From a virus, in the IMG/VR virus record IMGVR_UViG_3300044451_000434, positions 1 through 64,000 of that record: a DNA stretch of 64,000 nt. One strand, given 5' to 3'. Numbering within the stretch: position 1 is the stretch's first letter; each line of letters opens with the position of its first letter. Shown piece by piece: positions 9,095 to 21,000 of this stretch. The translations under genes were made by a program, and so were the position numbers. The notes beneath the pieces are model-generated. The model was not told the DNA's origin, did not search any database, and saw only the letters and a list, made by a program, of their open reading frames with translations.

Positions 9095-12000
9095 TTAAGT
9101 AGACAAATCGTCTATGTCTGGTATTTCAGACACCGAAATTACCAATTTAGGTATTCTTGTTGGCAAGCCAATTTCCAAAAGTCCTTTAATAGGTGGATTT
9201 GAGCTTGAGCTAGAACTCGAAGATCCAGATTGGCTACAGCAGTCTTCTGGAATGTCTAGGATATCACTAAGAAATTCACATACAGACAATTGAGAGAACT
9301 CGAAATTCACTATAGAGAAACCAGAGCATGGACCATCATAGGTTGCCAAAGAAACATATGGATTGTCAGTATCTATCCGACTCGATCCAAGTGGCGCAGA
9401 GAGTATTTTAAACATATCAATCACTTTAGAAGTGCGATATATTCTTGTGTAAGAATTATTGGTGCATATTGAAGTCACGCTCAAAAAAGTATCATCGTTG
9501 AGATTTTCAAGCTCTACAATAATCGCTGCTACATCAAGAGTAACACTAGAAGGTATGCATGGCGTCTCATAAGCATAACTGCTAGAAGACGAACTTGAGG
9601 AACTGCTTCTTGAAGATGAAGAACTGCTGCTCGAAGATGAACTTGACGAATTGCTGCTAGAAGATGAGGAATTGCTGTTAAAAGATGAAGAACTACTGCT
9701 TGAAGATGAACTTGAGGAACTGCTGCTTGAAGACGAACTTGAAGAACTCTTGCTAGAACTACTGCTAGAGGAGGACAAATAACTACTAGATGACGAACTA
9801 GATGATGAACTTGAAGACGAAAAATCAGTAGTTATTAGTGGAGGACTAGAGGTGTCTGTCACAAACCAAGCTCCTCCGTCAGCGTCCATATTTATTAAAC
9901 CAACTCCTGTTTCATAAAGTTGTATACTATCTGATGATCTAGTAACGCGCCACACCCATTTGCTAATGTTTTGTCCAGCAACTGCTTGAGCGCCGCTTAC
10001 GATAAAATCCGAATTAAAAGACAGGCGCTGATTAGCCGCAACATACGGCGAGAAGCCTCCAAGACGCTCGTTGATGTCTATTAGTATAGAATTTATTCTT
10101 GAAAAAGTATCTGCCCTCGAATTTTGAGGGAATTCATCTGGCTCCCAAGAATATATATGATCAATTCCAGTTATGCACGCATGACGCAGCAACTCGTCCC
10201 ACATGGAAGAATTCACAAAACCAACTTCTCCACTATCGTCGCCATCCCACGACCTTGGAGCTATCCATGGCCTGATCGGCGAACCGCCACAGCTTCTGTT
10301 GATGGCACGCAGGGTCTGCAGAGCCAACAAAAGAGAATTCCAAGGAGTCCGTCCAAAGGGAGTCGTGGTGGCATTTGACTGGTCCAGGCGAACTAGCCTT
10401 GTGGGGTCATCAGTTGCCACAGAGTATGTATTTGGAAAATACCATTGACCGTAAAGATAGGGAGAAGAAGCATTGCCAGCAAGACCCTGCTGCATGTCAT
10501 AATGCCCGTTGGCGTCATAGGAGTGGTCCCATGGGGCAATAGAATATGCATGGTAGTTTGTCATGCTCAAACCTGGATATTGAGCCTTGCCTATTGGCAT
10601 AAATGCCTCGTAGAGGTTTGCTGCATCAATAGCAGATACACCGCGATTCCAATAGTGATATGCAGGGGTGTTTTGGGGGTGTGGCCCAGAAAGACTGCTT
10701 ATCAATTGTTCCAATTGAGCGTTAAAATCAAAACGACCGCCATCGGTGAACCAGTATTTCCAAGAGGCAACGCCAAACCAAGACTTGGAGAATTCTGGCC
10801 TATTGGCATATGAATTAACCCTGTCTGCATCAAGACTCCAGTTGGTAAATATCCCCCTCATTTCGTAATCAAAAACCAAATGATCGAGTGGAGCACTTTG
10901 GTTCTTCAGGGCTCCTACGATGGTTGTCCAGGCATTCTTTACAGCAGTGACTCCGTTGGAGGCCCATATGGAAGGAACGTTCACTCCACTAGAAATGACA
11001 AATTGATCTGGAGTACCAAGGTTGTCATAGAACATTCTCTTGTTGACGCCAGCTTTATAGAAATAATGCATACGAAGAGATCGCATGCCAGATGGAAGTT
11101 TTTTGAGCAACGACACAACCGCGTTGAACCTATCTGTATTTATGAATGTTGCAGGGGCACTCTGACCACCATCAGTGAAGGTACTTGTGCTAGTGGGTCC
11201 GTACAAGGGAACAATAGGCTTGACATATGTGTACATTGTCAAATCCGCAGACGTTTGATCTATTACATCAGCATCCAAGCTTGCAGACACTGGGCCACGC
11301 CAGGTACCAGCCCAGATTGGGCGCACAATCCGAGTTGGATCTGCAGTCCTGTTTGCAAGCTCTGAAACCATCGACTGAATGTTGTAAGAAGCTACATATT
11401 CGGCCTTGGCAATCGATGAACACGTCACCGTTCCAAGCTCCCAGCATGTCTTTGAGAAAATGGCGCCACCAACAAGTGGACAACCTGCGAAATCAGATCT
11501 CTTCAGATCTCTTTCTATGGCATCAAATATGAATCCATCAATTTTGTGCCTCATGAACGGCTGTATGCAAGATGAATTGAATTGAGATTTTGACATCTTG
11601 CAGTTGTGCGTCGCGTAAGAAGGAATGGTAGGAAAAATAAATACGCCAATATTGGTGACATATATAGGCCTGGGTGTTTTCTTTGATTGGCTGTAGTGAT
11701 GCAGTATGGCGTCTGTTGCCACACCCACCTTGGTAGAAATTTGTTGCCTGCTTATTATGGTTGGGGATGCAGGCGTGCATTCAACAGCAACGAAATCAAC
11801 CGCGTCTAGAAGAGGCCCATAAGCTTCCGATATGCGTGTTGCAACACCCTGCCTTGCCCAAGATGAACTCTGCCTTATATCGACATTGGTTTCTGCTGAG
11901 ACAAACCTCGATGACTCAAAATAGGCAGCCCCGACATTTCCATTTATTGTAAAATTACCAAGCCCACAGATACCAAATTTTACAGATGGATGGATTGTCT

Positions 12001-15000
12001 TGAGTTTGGCAATGGTCTCTAGCAGCAAGCCATTAATTGCCGCCAACTCTCGCAATATTTGATCCCTGCTGCCGAGCGTGTCATTTGGATCAATCATGTC
12101 AATCGGATTTGAAACCCACCTAGAATGGCGATTGAATACATCAGAATCGACATTGTCAGAACGGAAAATGCTCTTCAGGTCTATGATGACATGTGTTATT
12201 TCAGACGCAAAACCAATCGCAGTGTCACTGGCAATATTCGACTTGAGATCATTCACATATCTAATAATTCCTGAGGGGATCGGCATGCCGTTGTCGTCTA
12301 TGTTCCTGTATTGAGATGATGGTGATGAATCTTCTCGTACAAATAGCATTGGTTTTGCACCAAGAGAGTTCGCCCAAGAACGTTTGGCAAGAATGTGATC
12401 CCTCATCAGCTGGTCTTCTGGAGTGAGGGTGTACACTGCCTCACTGTCAGAACAGAATACCTCAGGCGGTAGCGGACTCTCTGAAGAGCAATATGGCACG
12501 ATCCCAGCAAGCGAGGGAAGCATGCCTGCAAGTGTTGAACTGCCATAGCTCCCTCTAAACTCAATACCAGTGACAATCCTGGTGACATCTGTCGGACTAG
12601 AAGGGTTGCCCACCCTGTCCCTCGCGACCACAAATCCTAATGGGCAATACGAAGAAAAACCTGTTAAGCTATTTGGCTCATCGATCACACGCTGCCAAGC
12701 CGATGGGTTCGCAACAACACTTGCGTGCAGATCTTCGAAGATCGGCTTTGCAAGGACTATCTTGGATACATCGGGGTCATTCTCGGATCCGTCACAGTAC
12801 ATTCTTACGATGATCTTGTCATCTTCTTCAGCAGCATTCGCTAGCCAGTCAAACAGACACCTCAACATGTTGATGGAGTTGCAAGAAAGCCCTGGATAGG
12901 GGCACGGATCAAATTGGGACCCCTGTCCTGCTCTGACTATAAATTCAGTGACATCGTCATCTTTAACCCTATCGCGCAACTGCACGTCTATTACCGAACC
13001 AAGATCATATGAACATGGGGTGATCGACACACCTTCGACGGTGCGCACCCCAATCATGTCGTTCATTTCTGAATAACCACCTTCTATGACCATGTCTATA
13101 GGATCAAATTTTCCACGTTCCTTGTTGAGCAGGAACTGTCTTGCACGCACAGGTAGCTGTGTTGATGAGAATTTAAAATTGAACCTTACATACCTTCCCC
13201 ATGTTCTTGGAGTTCCTGCATAGAAATTCAATTTGCCTAGCAATGGCATGTGCTCGAGCGGAATAAGCTGATCAGATCCTGTGTAGGTGGTCTTGTAGAA
13301 GCTGTCAGCTACGATAAACGCTGAAGAACTGCACATGCTGAGTATTGACCTTGCACCCGAAGGAATGTTTTCTAGCAGATGCTTTCGTGTTGAATACTGG
13401 ATCGGGTTCATGTGCTTCGTCATGTCCGTCCAGCCAAGATCTGTAGCTGATGTGATTATCATGTGTTGCGCACTACCGTCTCCAACACACACCTCAAATC
13501 CGTGACATGGAACAGCGAGAGGATTGGGAAACTCGCCACCTGAAGATGGCCCGATTGTCGCCGAGATGGGTGGCTCGCCACCACGGATTTTTATGAGGTT
13601 CCAGAGAAGATTTCTGGAATTCTTCGCTTTGGTTATGGACAATCCAGCCATGAGTGAGGTGTCATAGAACTCATTCTTTAATGTTGCCAGCGGCGGTGGC
13701 ACCAATGCTCCAGGATCAGGGCTGTCGAGGAACTCCTCCTGCATCCATATGACACCACCATTGAACCTATTCAATATTTTAGCAGTTGCTGCTGGAACTG
13801 CAGAACGGGCAAAAGGTATAACCAAAACTCCAATCCCCAATTCATCATAAAGGTCTAGAGAGTCATCCTGCACCACAGAAACAGGCACGCCATTATCAAC
13901 ACATGTGTGGATTGCACCCATGAGTGGCCAATAGTATTGCTGCCACTTGGCGTTTGCGACGCCTCCCTGTATAGAAGCCCCAAAAGCAGCTTCCGGGCTG
14001 TGAACCACTGCCACCCAAGGCACCCTACTTCTCTTGGCTTTAGGCAGGCCACCGTCCTTAAGACTTGAAGCCATGGATGCTAGTCTTCTGATGTATACAG
14101 AGGCGTTATCCGAAGGCAATGAAGTGTCGTTGTTTTCCACCCCCGTTAGGGAATCAGGATTTTCTCCTGAATATCCAGCGCCAGAGAAATACATCGCATC
14201 AAAAATGTTACCGCATGCCCATGTTATGAGCAGTTTGTTCTCTAGGAAACCCCTGATTGCATGATCGCGAACAATCCCCTTCCCGCCCAAGAATGTGAAT
14301 CTACCGCTCGCTGCTTGATAGGCGGAGTCCAAATTGCTTGTGCATGTCACCAAACTCTGCTCTGTGTCCGTTGGAGGTCTGAGCGCATCTGACTCTGAGG
14401 GGCTCCACAGAGTCAGCGGCTGCCACATCAGGGATGGCTTACCATCCCTGCTCCTTGACATAAGCATGTCTGCAATTTGTGCCAACCACATGTCAGGAGG
14501 AGTTGATGGGCTGGTATTGTTGCTTGGCATCCGCAGATCGAGTATCTGCTCCACACCAAGTTCAGACTTGAAACCAGCAGAGTAATATGCAGAGTCATGC
14601 TGATTGGCAAAAATTGAGTAGGAATGACCAGAATGTATGCCGGCTGGAATGATTGCAAAATCGGGATGCCCATAAGACTTCATCGTGTCCGCGATGAAAT
14701 TCATGAATTCTTTTTCCTTCTTCCTCAACCATTCTAAGTATCTTCGGACTTCAGATTTAAAAGTAACAGGGTTGGTCTGGCTTGATTCTATCCAGTTCAC
14801 AGAAGGATTATCAAGAGATAAAAGATCGGTTATATTTGTTGTGTTTTGATTGCTGAGCCAAGTCCACAGTGAGACAAGACCTAAATTATTTGCTTTTTCG
14901 TAAGTGAGGGGGAATGGGAAAATTGATGGATCTGGCTTGGGTATTTGGAATTCTTGGTTGAAATTTTCAAAAAGGCCCTCATACGTTGCCCAACTCACGG

Positions 15001-18000
15001 TGTCTTCAGAAAAGTCTCCCCTAAAAGGATCTATCGGCATGCTATCCCAATACATGCCGCGAACACCAAGCGGATATCCGTCAGATCCAAGAATTGGTTC
15101 GTTAGAAACATCCTTTGCTAGACCTTGCCTTGCAACCTCTTTGCACCAATCAGCCATCAAAGCTCTTGTCGACGGAGACATGATGGACAGGAGAGTCATG
15201 CCAGAATTGCCATGCTCACTTGCAGTGATCAGATTGCCAAATATATCAGTAGCCTTGTGGAAAACCTCTGATATTTTCCATCCACCAGAAGGTGCAGTAA
15301 TTCCGAACCTCGTTAAACTTGTATTTGTGTTGTTTGCCTGAACATCCAACTCTATAGAAGAGAACATCTTGAAGTATGCAATCAGGCGAATTCCATATTT
15401 AATAGAAGCCGCCACATATTCAGCCATTGGGTCCATAGCCATCCCAACCGCTCCCGCCACAGTTCCATCATTTGCGAACAACTTCCACTGATTAAAAGTA
15501 GCACCATCTCTGCTCCAATCCCAATCTGTAGATGGCGTTGAAGCAGGCTTTGGGAACCACATAGGCTCGTCTGAACTCCTCAAAAATACAATAGCAAAAT
15601 CAGGATTCCACTGTGCTGCAGCCCTAACCTGAGCATCTATGTTGAAAGCAGAACTAAAAGCAGCACGAGCGCCAGCCAACTTAGCAGCCGTGGCCGCACC
15701 GCAAGACGGCAAAGAAGACGACTCAAATGTCGAGGACCCAGTGGAGTGCTTGCGCTTATAGAATGAAAGGGATGCGGAAGAAAGATTTGGAGCAGAGCAG
15801 TTGCTCAGCAAACAAACCTCGCAGTCAGAACCGCTTATGGCAGCACCCTTCATGTTTCTGACATTTTGATCATAGAGCAAGACGCAGTTTAATCCGCTCC
15901 ACTGGGTATGAAGGCTGAATCTTGATTCTCTGTACCAAGATGTATCCTTGACACCAGAGGTAGTTGCAGATGCATTTGCATACCCTGCGACCTTGGTTCC
16001 TTCGAGCCTGTAGGTGGTCAAGCCATCTCGTCGGCTTACCACCCCAGTGTCTTCCACCATCTCGAACGTGGGCGGAGTCATGCCCTCCTCATATGGCATG
16101 CTGAACCACATGCCACAAGGACGCTTCGGGTTCGGACGCAATCTAGCGATCTCTTCAGATCCAGACCTGACCGAAACAACGAATTTCTTCAGATTCAGTA
16201 TCCTGTTATTCGGAGGATACTGCTCATTGGGACTTATGTCGGGGACTTCGGTCGGGGTGGGAACAGAAAGTCTGAAGAGCAAATACGCAGGAGATGAGCC
16301 ATCATCTGTCTCCTCTACCTTGACACATGTGATGCATGGCTTCATCTGTGCATCAGTGAGTGGCGGGATGGTGCCATCCACAAGAGATTGAGGCGTGTCG
16401 GAAGAGTCTGTTTCCGCAAAACTAAACTGATATTCGTGTCGGAATGCAATACTCCAACGACGACGTGAGCCAACAGCACGCTCTATATCTCCCAAAACTG
16501 CGTTAACGGTTGTGCTGTTGAATACCGTGTCTTCTATGCCTTCAGCAACCACTGCATATTTGCCTGTAAATATTCTTTCTGCGCTTCCATACCAGAATGT
16601 AAATAGAGGGTGGCCCTGGGCTACTAGCATGGCATGAACCATCTTTTCCCACCACATCCAGCCGTGCACCAGTTCCCTGCTGCGCACGCCCCCTCCATGC
16701 CATCGACTTGGCCAACTCTCGCCTGGCAGTTGCCTGTCTGCCTCATTCCATATGAATCCAACTGGAGAAACATCTGGACGGGCAAAGCCGCCAGGCCACT
16801 CGACCCATGCAAGACAAGTTTGGGATGGATGGCTGTATGCGCACTGCTTGATCGCGTAGATGCCATACTTGAGATCAGCAAATGGCTCCATGGCGCTACG
16901 TGCTGGAGTTGGAGGAGATATGAAGTTGTCAGATTGTACGAGAGCCAGCGCCTTGGTAAACGAACTGAATCCGTTTGCGGTTGGGACATTCTGCCTGGCG
17001 CCGTTACCCACCCATGTCAGTCTAGACCCCGGCAACTGAGTTTGGTTGAAAGTCTCCTCAGGCCCAGACCTGTCATCCGAGTTCGTGCCGCTTGACAATT
17101 TTCCATCTGTTTTCAGCCTCAAGAAACCACCGTAATTACCAGAGCCTCCCATCAAAACAAGCGGCCAAGAACTTTGGTCATCTATTGTTCCCACTTCATA
17201 TTGACTAGAACCATGATAAAAAGTGTTAATCAAACCACTCTGCATATTAGAAACATCAACAAACTGCGTAAAGAGCCAGTACTGACTATAACCGCTGTAG
17301 ATTACATCAGTCGGGATGTCTCCAGCGCATTCAAAAAGAGAATACTTGCCCTGCCAACTAAGTTGATTTGATATGGTACCATCAGAGCCAGGGTTGGCAG
17401 AAATGAGCGGAGTCCCTGGAAGGTATATCCTCTCCGCGAGATTGATCCGCATACCTTGGGTGCTAGACGAAACCAATTTCGACAGGTCTCCCCAAGCATA
17501 TAGGGTTCCATCTGCTTTGAGCGCAACGGTGAATCTTTGGCCTGCGCCAACCCACACACAGTCGGAGGTAGTGGCGTTCTGAAACTGGACGGGCACAACG
17601 CATTCACCGTCGTTATTTTCTCCCCAACAAGCAACAGTTCCATCTCTGCGCAGGGCAACCGCATGGTGGTAACCGCCAGCTACCTGCTTGAATGGGCCTG
17701 ATGGGATGCCGCCATTCGGCAGAGATTCTCCCCATTCGTTCCTGTCCCATGCAAATATAGAACCATCTGGTCTGATTGCATAGTTGTTGTAATATCCGCA
17801 TGATATTGCAGAAACTGAATTTGCAGTGGTTTTTAGGGTCTTTACAGTTGGAGCTGTATTGTCCCCAGGGGGAGCATTTGGATATGGATATTCCCTGCCA
17901 TTTTCTATCCACTTGCTAGTTGATGCTTCAGCAGTTGCGTTAGGCCGGCCAGACCCCATCCTGACATATTCATTGGTCTGTAGGCCGCTGCCAGTTACTG

Positions 18001-21000
18001 CGTAGAAGAAATTACCACCCCATGTCTCTATGTTCCCGTCATCAGTGAGAAGAAGATTGTGGAATCTGCCAGCAGAGATGTCAATATACGACTGACCGGA
18101 TGTCCCGAATATGGAGTTAGGTATCAAAGATCCTGATGAATTAGTATATCCTTGACTGTTCCCCGTGCTTATATTCTCTGCAGAACTTAACCAAGACCCA
18201 TCTAGGCTGACGTTGACACCAGAAGCAACAGTTGATCTGGCAAACTGGTAGTCATTTGGAGCACCTGTGTCCGTTTCCCAGTTGACTATGCCTGCCCAAG
18301 AAGTTGCGCTGGGAGCAGGATAAGATGTAGATGGAGTGTCAAAATTGCTGTTGGGAAGATCGCCGCCACGGAATGGACATCCCAAAGAGTTGAATCTGAA
18401 AAGCCTATACTTTCTGTTCTGGGGACTAATTTGACAAGAATTGCCCTGCAGCACAGGGTCGCCAGAAGCATCAAGAACGCAACTGTCCTGATCATCTGTG
18501 ATGCATGGGAAATACCCTAGATATGAGGATGCGTCTTGCTTGTACTCGAAGTCGATGTATGGAATATGATTTGTAATGAGCGTCGCATCTCCTGCGGTGG
18601 GCCTAGGTATACTTCCCACCTTGGTCCAAACTGTATTGGGATCGCTCAGTTGGGCAGATGAATTGTCCCCCCAGGCAACTACAGATCCGTTGTCTAGCAG
18701 CGCCAAGAAATGAGATCCACCTGCAGCGATTTTCTTTACTGTACGACCAAGTGAAGCCAACTGTTCTGTGAAGGCTTCGGCAGCTTCTGAAGCAGTAACA
18801 TCACAATGCTCTAGAGCAGGTCCACCCCATGCCACAACATTTCCATCTGTTGTCAAACCGACAACAACACCATATCCAACTGCTATCTGCCTGTATTTGA
18901 GAGAAGCAAGTTCAGAAGGTGGCAGCAGATCATATCCTGCAAAATTATCTTGCGTGGTAACCCATCTTAAAGACCCGTCTTTCAGGGTGTAGAATATTAT
19001 TGGCGAATGACCTACAGATATCGATGTGTAGTTTTCTCCATACCTCTCAGGGAACTGACCAACCTTAAAAGTGGTGTCTGCATCCAATCTTGAAACACAC
19101 TGGTAGCCATAATATGGAAGGCTACTTTCTGGACGCATGCACCCTTCTGCCTTAAGAGTAACCTCTATGGCTTTGGTTATGAGCGCAAAAACTTCATTTT
19201 CTAGTATTGAAACCACAAGCTGGAGACGACTCAGCATGGGATGCTCCACCGAGCCATCCCATCGAGTCTCAACCAGAGAACGCAACCCTTCAGATATGCT
19301 CCTAGAGCCAGTCAAACTAGACCCGTATCTGCCATTACCTGCTTCTAGTATAGATATCACACCAGTAAAGCCGTTCCAAGATAGGTTGCTCCATTTTGGA
19401 TTGGTGGTCTGTCTAATCAACCATTCATCCATCAGTCCATAGCCACGCACCACTTGTATCCAATCCCAAAGTGTGCCAGTCTTGTCTCCTGCGAACTCAA
19501 CTATGAAATCATAAATGATGTAGTCAAGAAGGTTGCCATCCCTAGATAGGTCAAATGGCAACCTGTATGGATCAGAGCCGATGCTAGAGGCATCAACATT
19601 CGCAAATAGCCTTTGACCAATTGCATTCACATTTGGAACGTTAGGTGGCTGCTTCGCATACCAGCAGAGTTTCCTGATCATGTACTGTATGAATCCACCA
19701 CCGCTTGCGGTCGGCTGCCCACTAGCATCGAGAGTCCCGCAATAGAACTTGATCAGATTATCGTGGAAAAGTGATGGCAGACGAACTGTTCTGCTTGATC
19801 CCCCAAAATCCGTGTATGTATACTCCTGCAGATCTGGCTGAAACCATACTGGATATCTCCAAGAGTGAGGGTCAGATGGCTCAACGCGAGAACGATAGTC
19901 TCCCTTCCACGAGTGGCAGAAAGGAATATCAACGGGATAATATCCCCTTTGGCCAGATGGTATTGGCTTGGGCTGGGGGTTGGATGCATCAAACCCGAAA
20001 TAACCCCTGTCGCACAAAAGCCCAGGCATGATTATGTCGTTCATGTTGCCACCATCGATGGCATATCTGACAGCATCGTAAAAAACACTATGTGTGATTG
20101 TCGCAGACCATGGAAGCTGAGAAGCCGGTGGCGTGCTGCTGTGACTGTTGATGAGCCACCTGTTCACTGCATAATTTTGAGGACGATTGCCATCTCCAGC
20201 AAAAGCTGGATCAGTAACCTTGAATGAATAATCACCAGCAGAAGCATTAACACATATGCTGTCTATTTGTGCATCTTTCTGGCAAGTAAATACTTCGCTA
20301 ACATCTTCAACAATATGACTTTCTCCTGAAAATTTCAATCTCTTGTATTTGAGAGTAAGATTGTCAAAATCGTTGTTAGGAGGGGCTGTGGGGTGCGGAC
20401 TCCCCCATCTGTCGATGACCACAAACGGCCTCACCCTCCTGCTGATGGGGCTTCTCCCAGATGGCTTCTGGTATGGCCAGCCCCTCAGCCAAAGGTAGCC
20501 TCCCGAGGATGTCTCAGATTGGTTCCACCCAGTGTCCCACATATTGAAACCATTGAAGTCATCAAGGGACATGAAATCAACTGCAGGCCAAGGGTCGAAA
20601 TCACAGTTCAACCTGCATCCCGCTGCGGCAAACAAGGGATCTAGTAGGTTTAGTCTGTGGGCTACCGCAAGAAAGGGCTTGCCAACACTGAAAGAGGTTG
20701 CAGTTGCTCCAGTGCTCCAGTCGCCCTCGGTCTTGAAGATGCGTAAAAAGTCGGTTTCATGATCAAATGAGGCGGCAGAGAAAAGATCTTCATATGCTGA
20801 TATTGGATTGATTCCATAATCAGAAGACAAAACCTGGAACAAAACAGACAGCACCTGCCCAAGATCCCCACGATCAGACTTTACAAAATGGTTTGGGTCG
20901 TGCATAACAAGTGCATCAGTTTGACATCCGGTCGTTCCCGATGCGATCAATAATACAGCTGTTTTTGCTTCTTCAAAAGTTGTGACGGTTTGCTGTGAAA

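Noticed and set aside
11595-11615. THNC in the 4092-aa protein as an intein C-terminus
   Set aside because: No upstream intein block F, N-terminal splice motif or LAGLIDADG motifs seen
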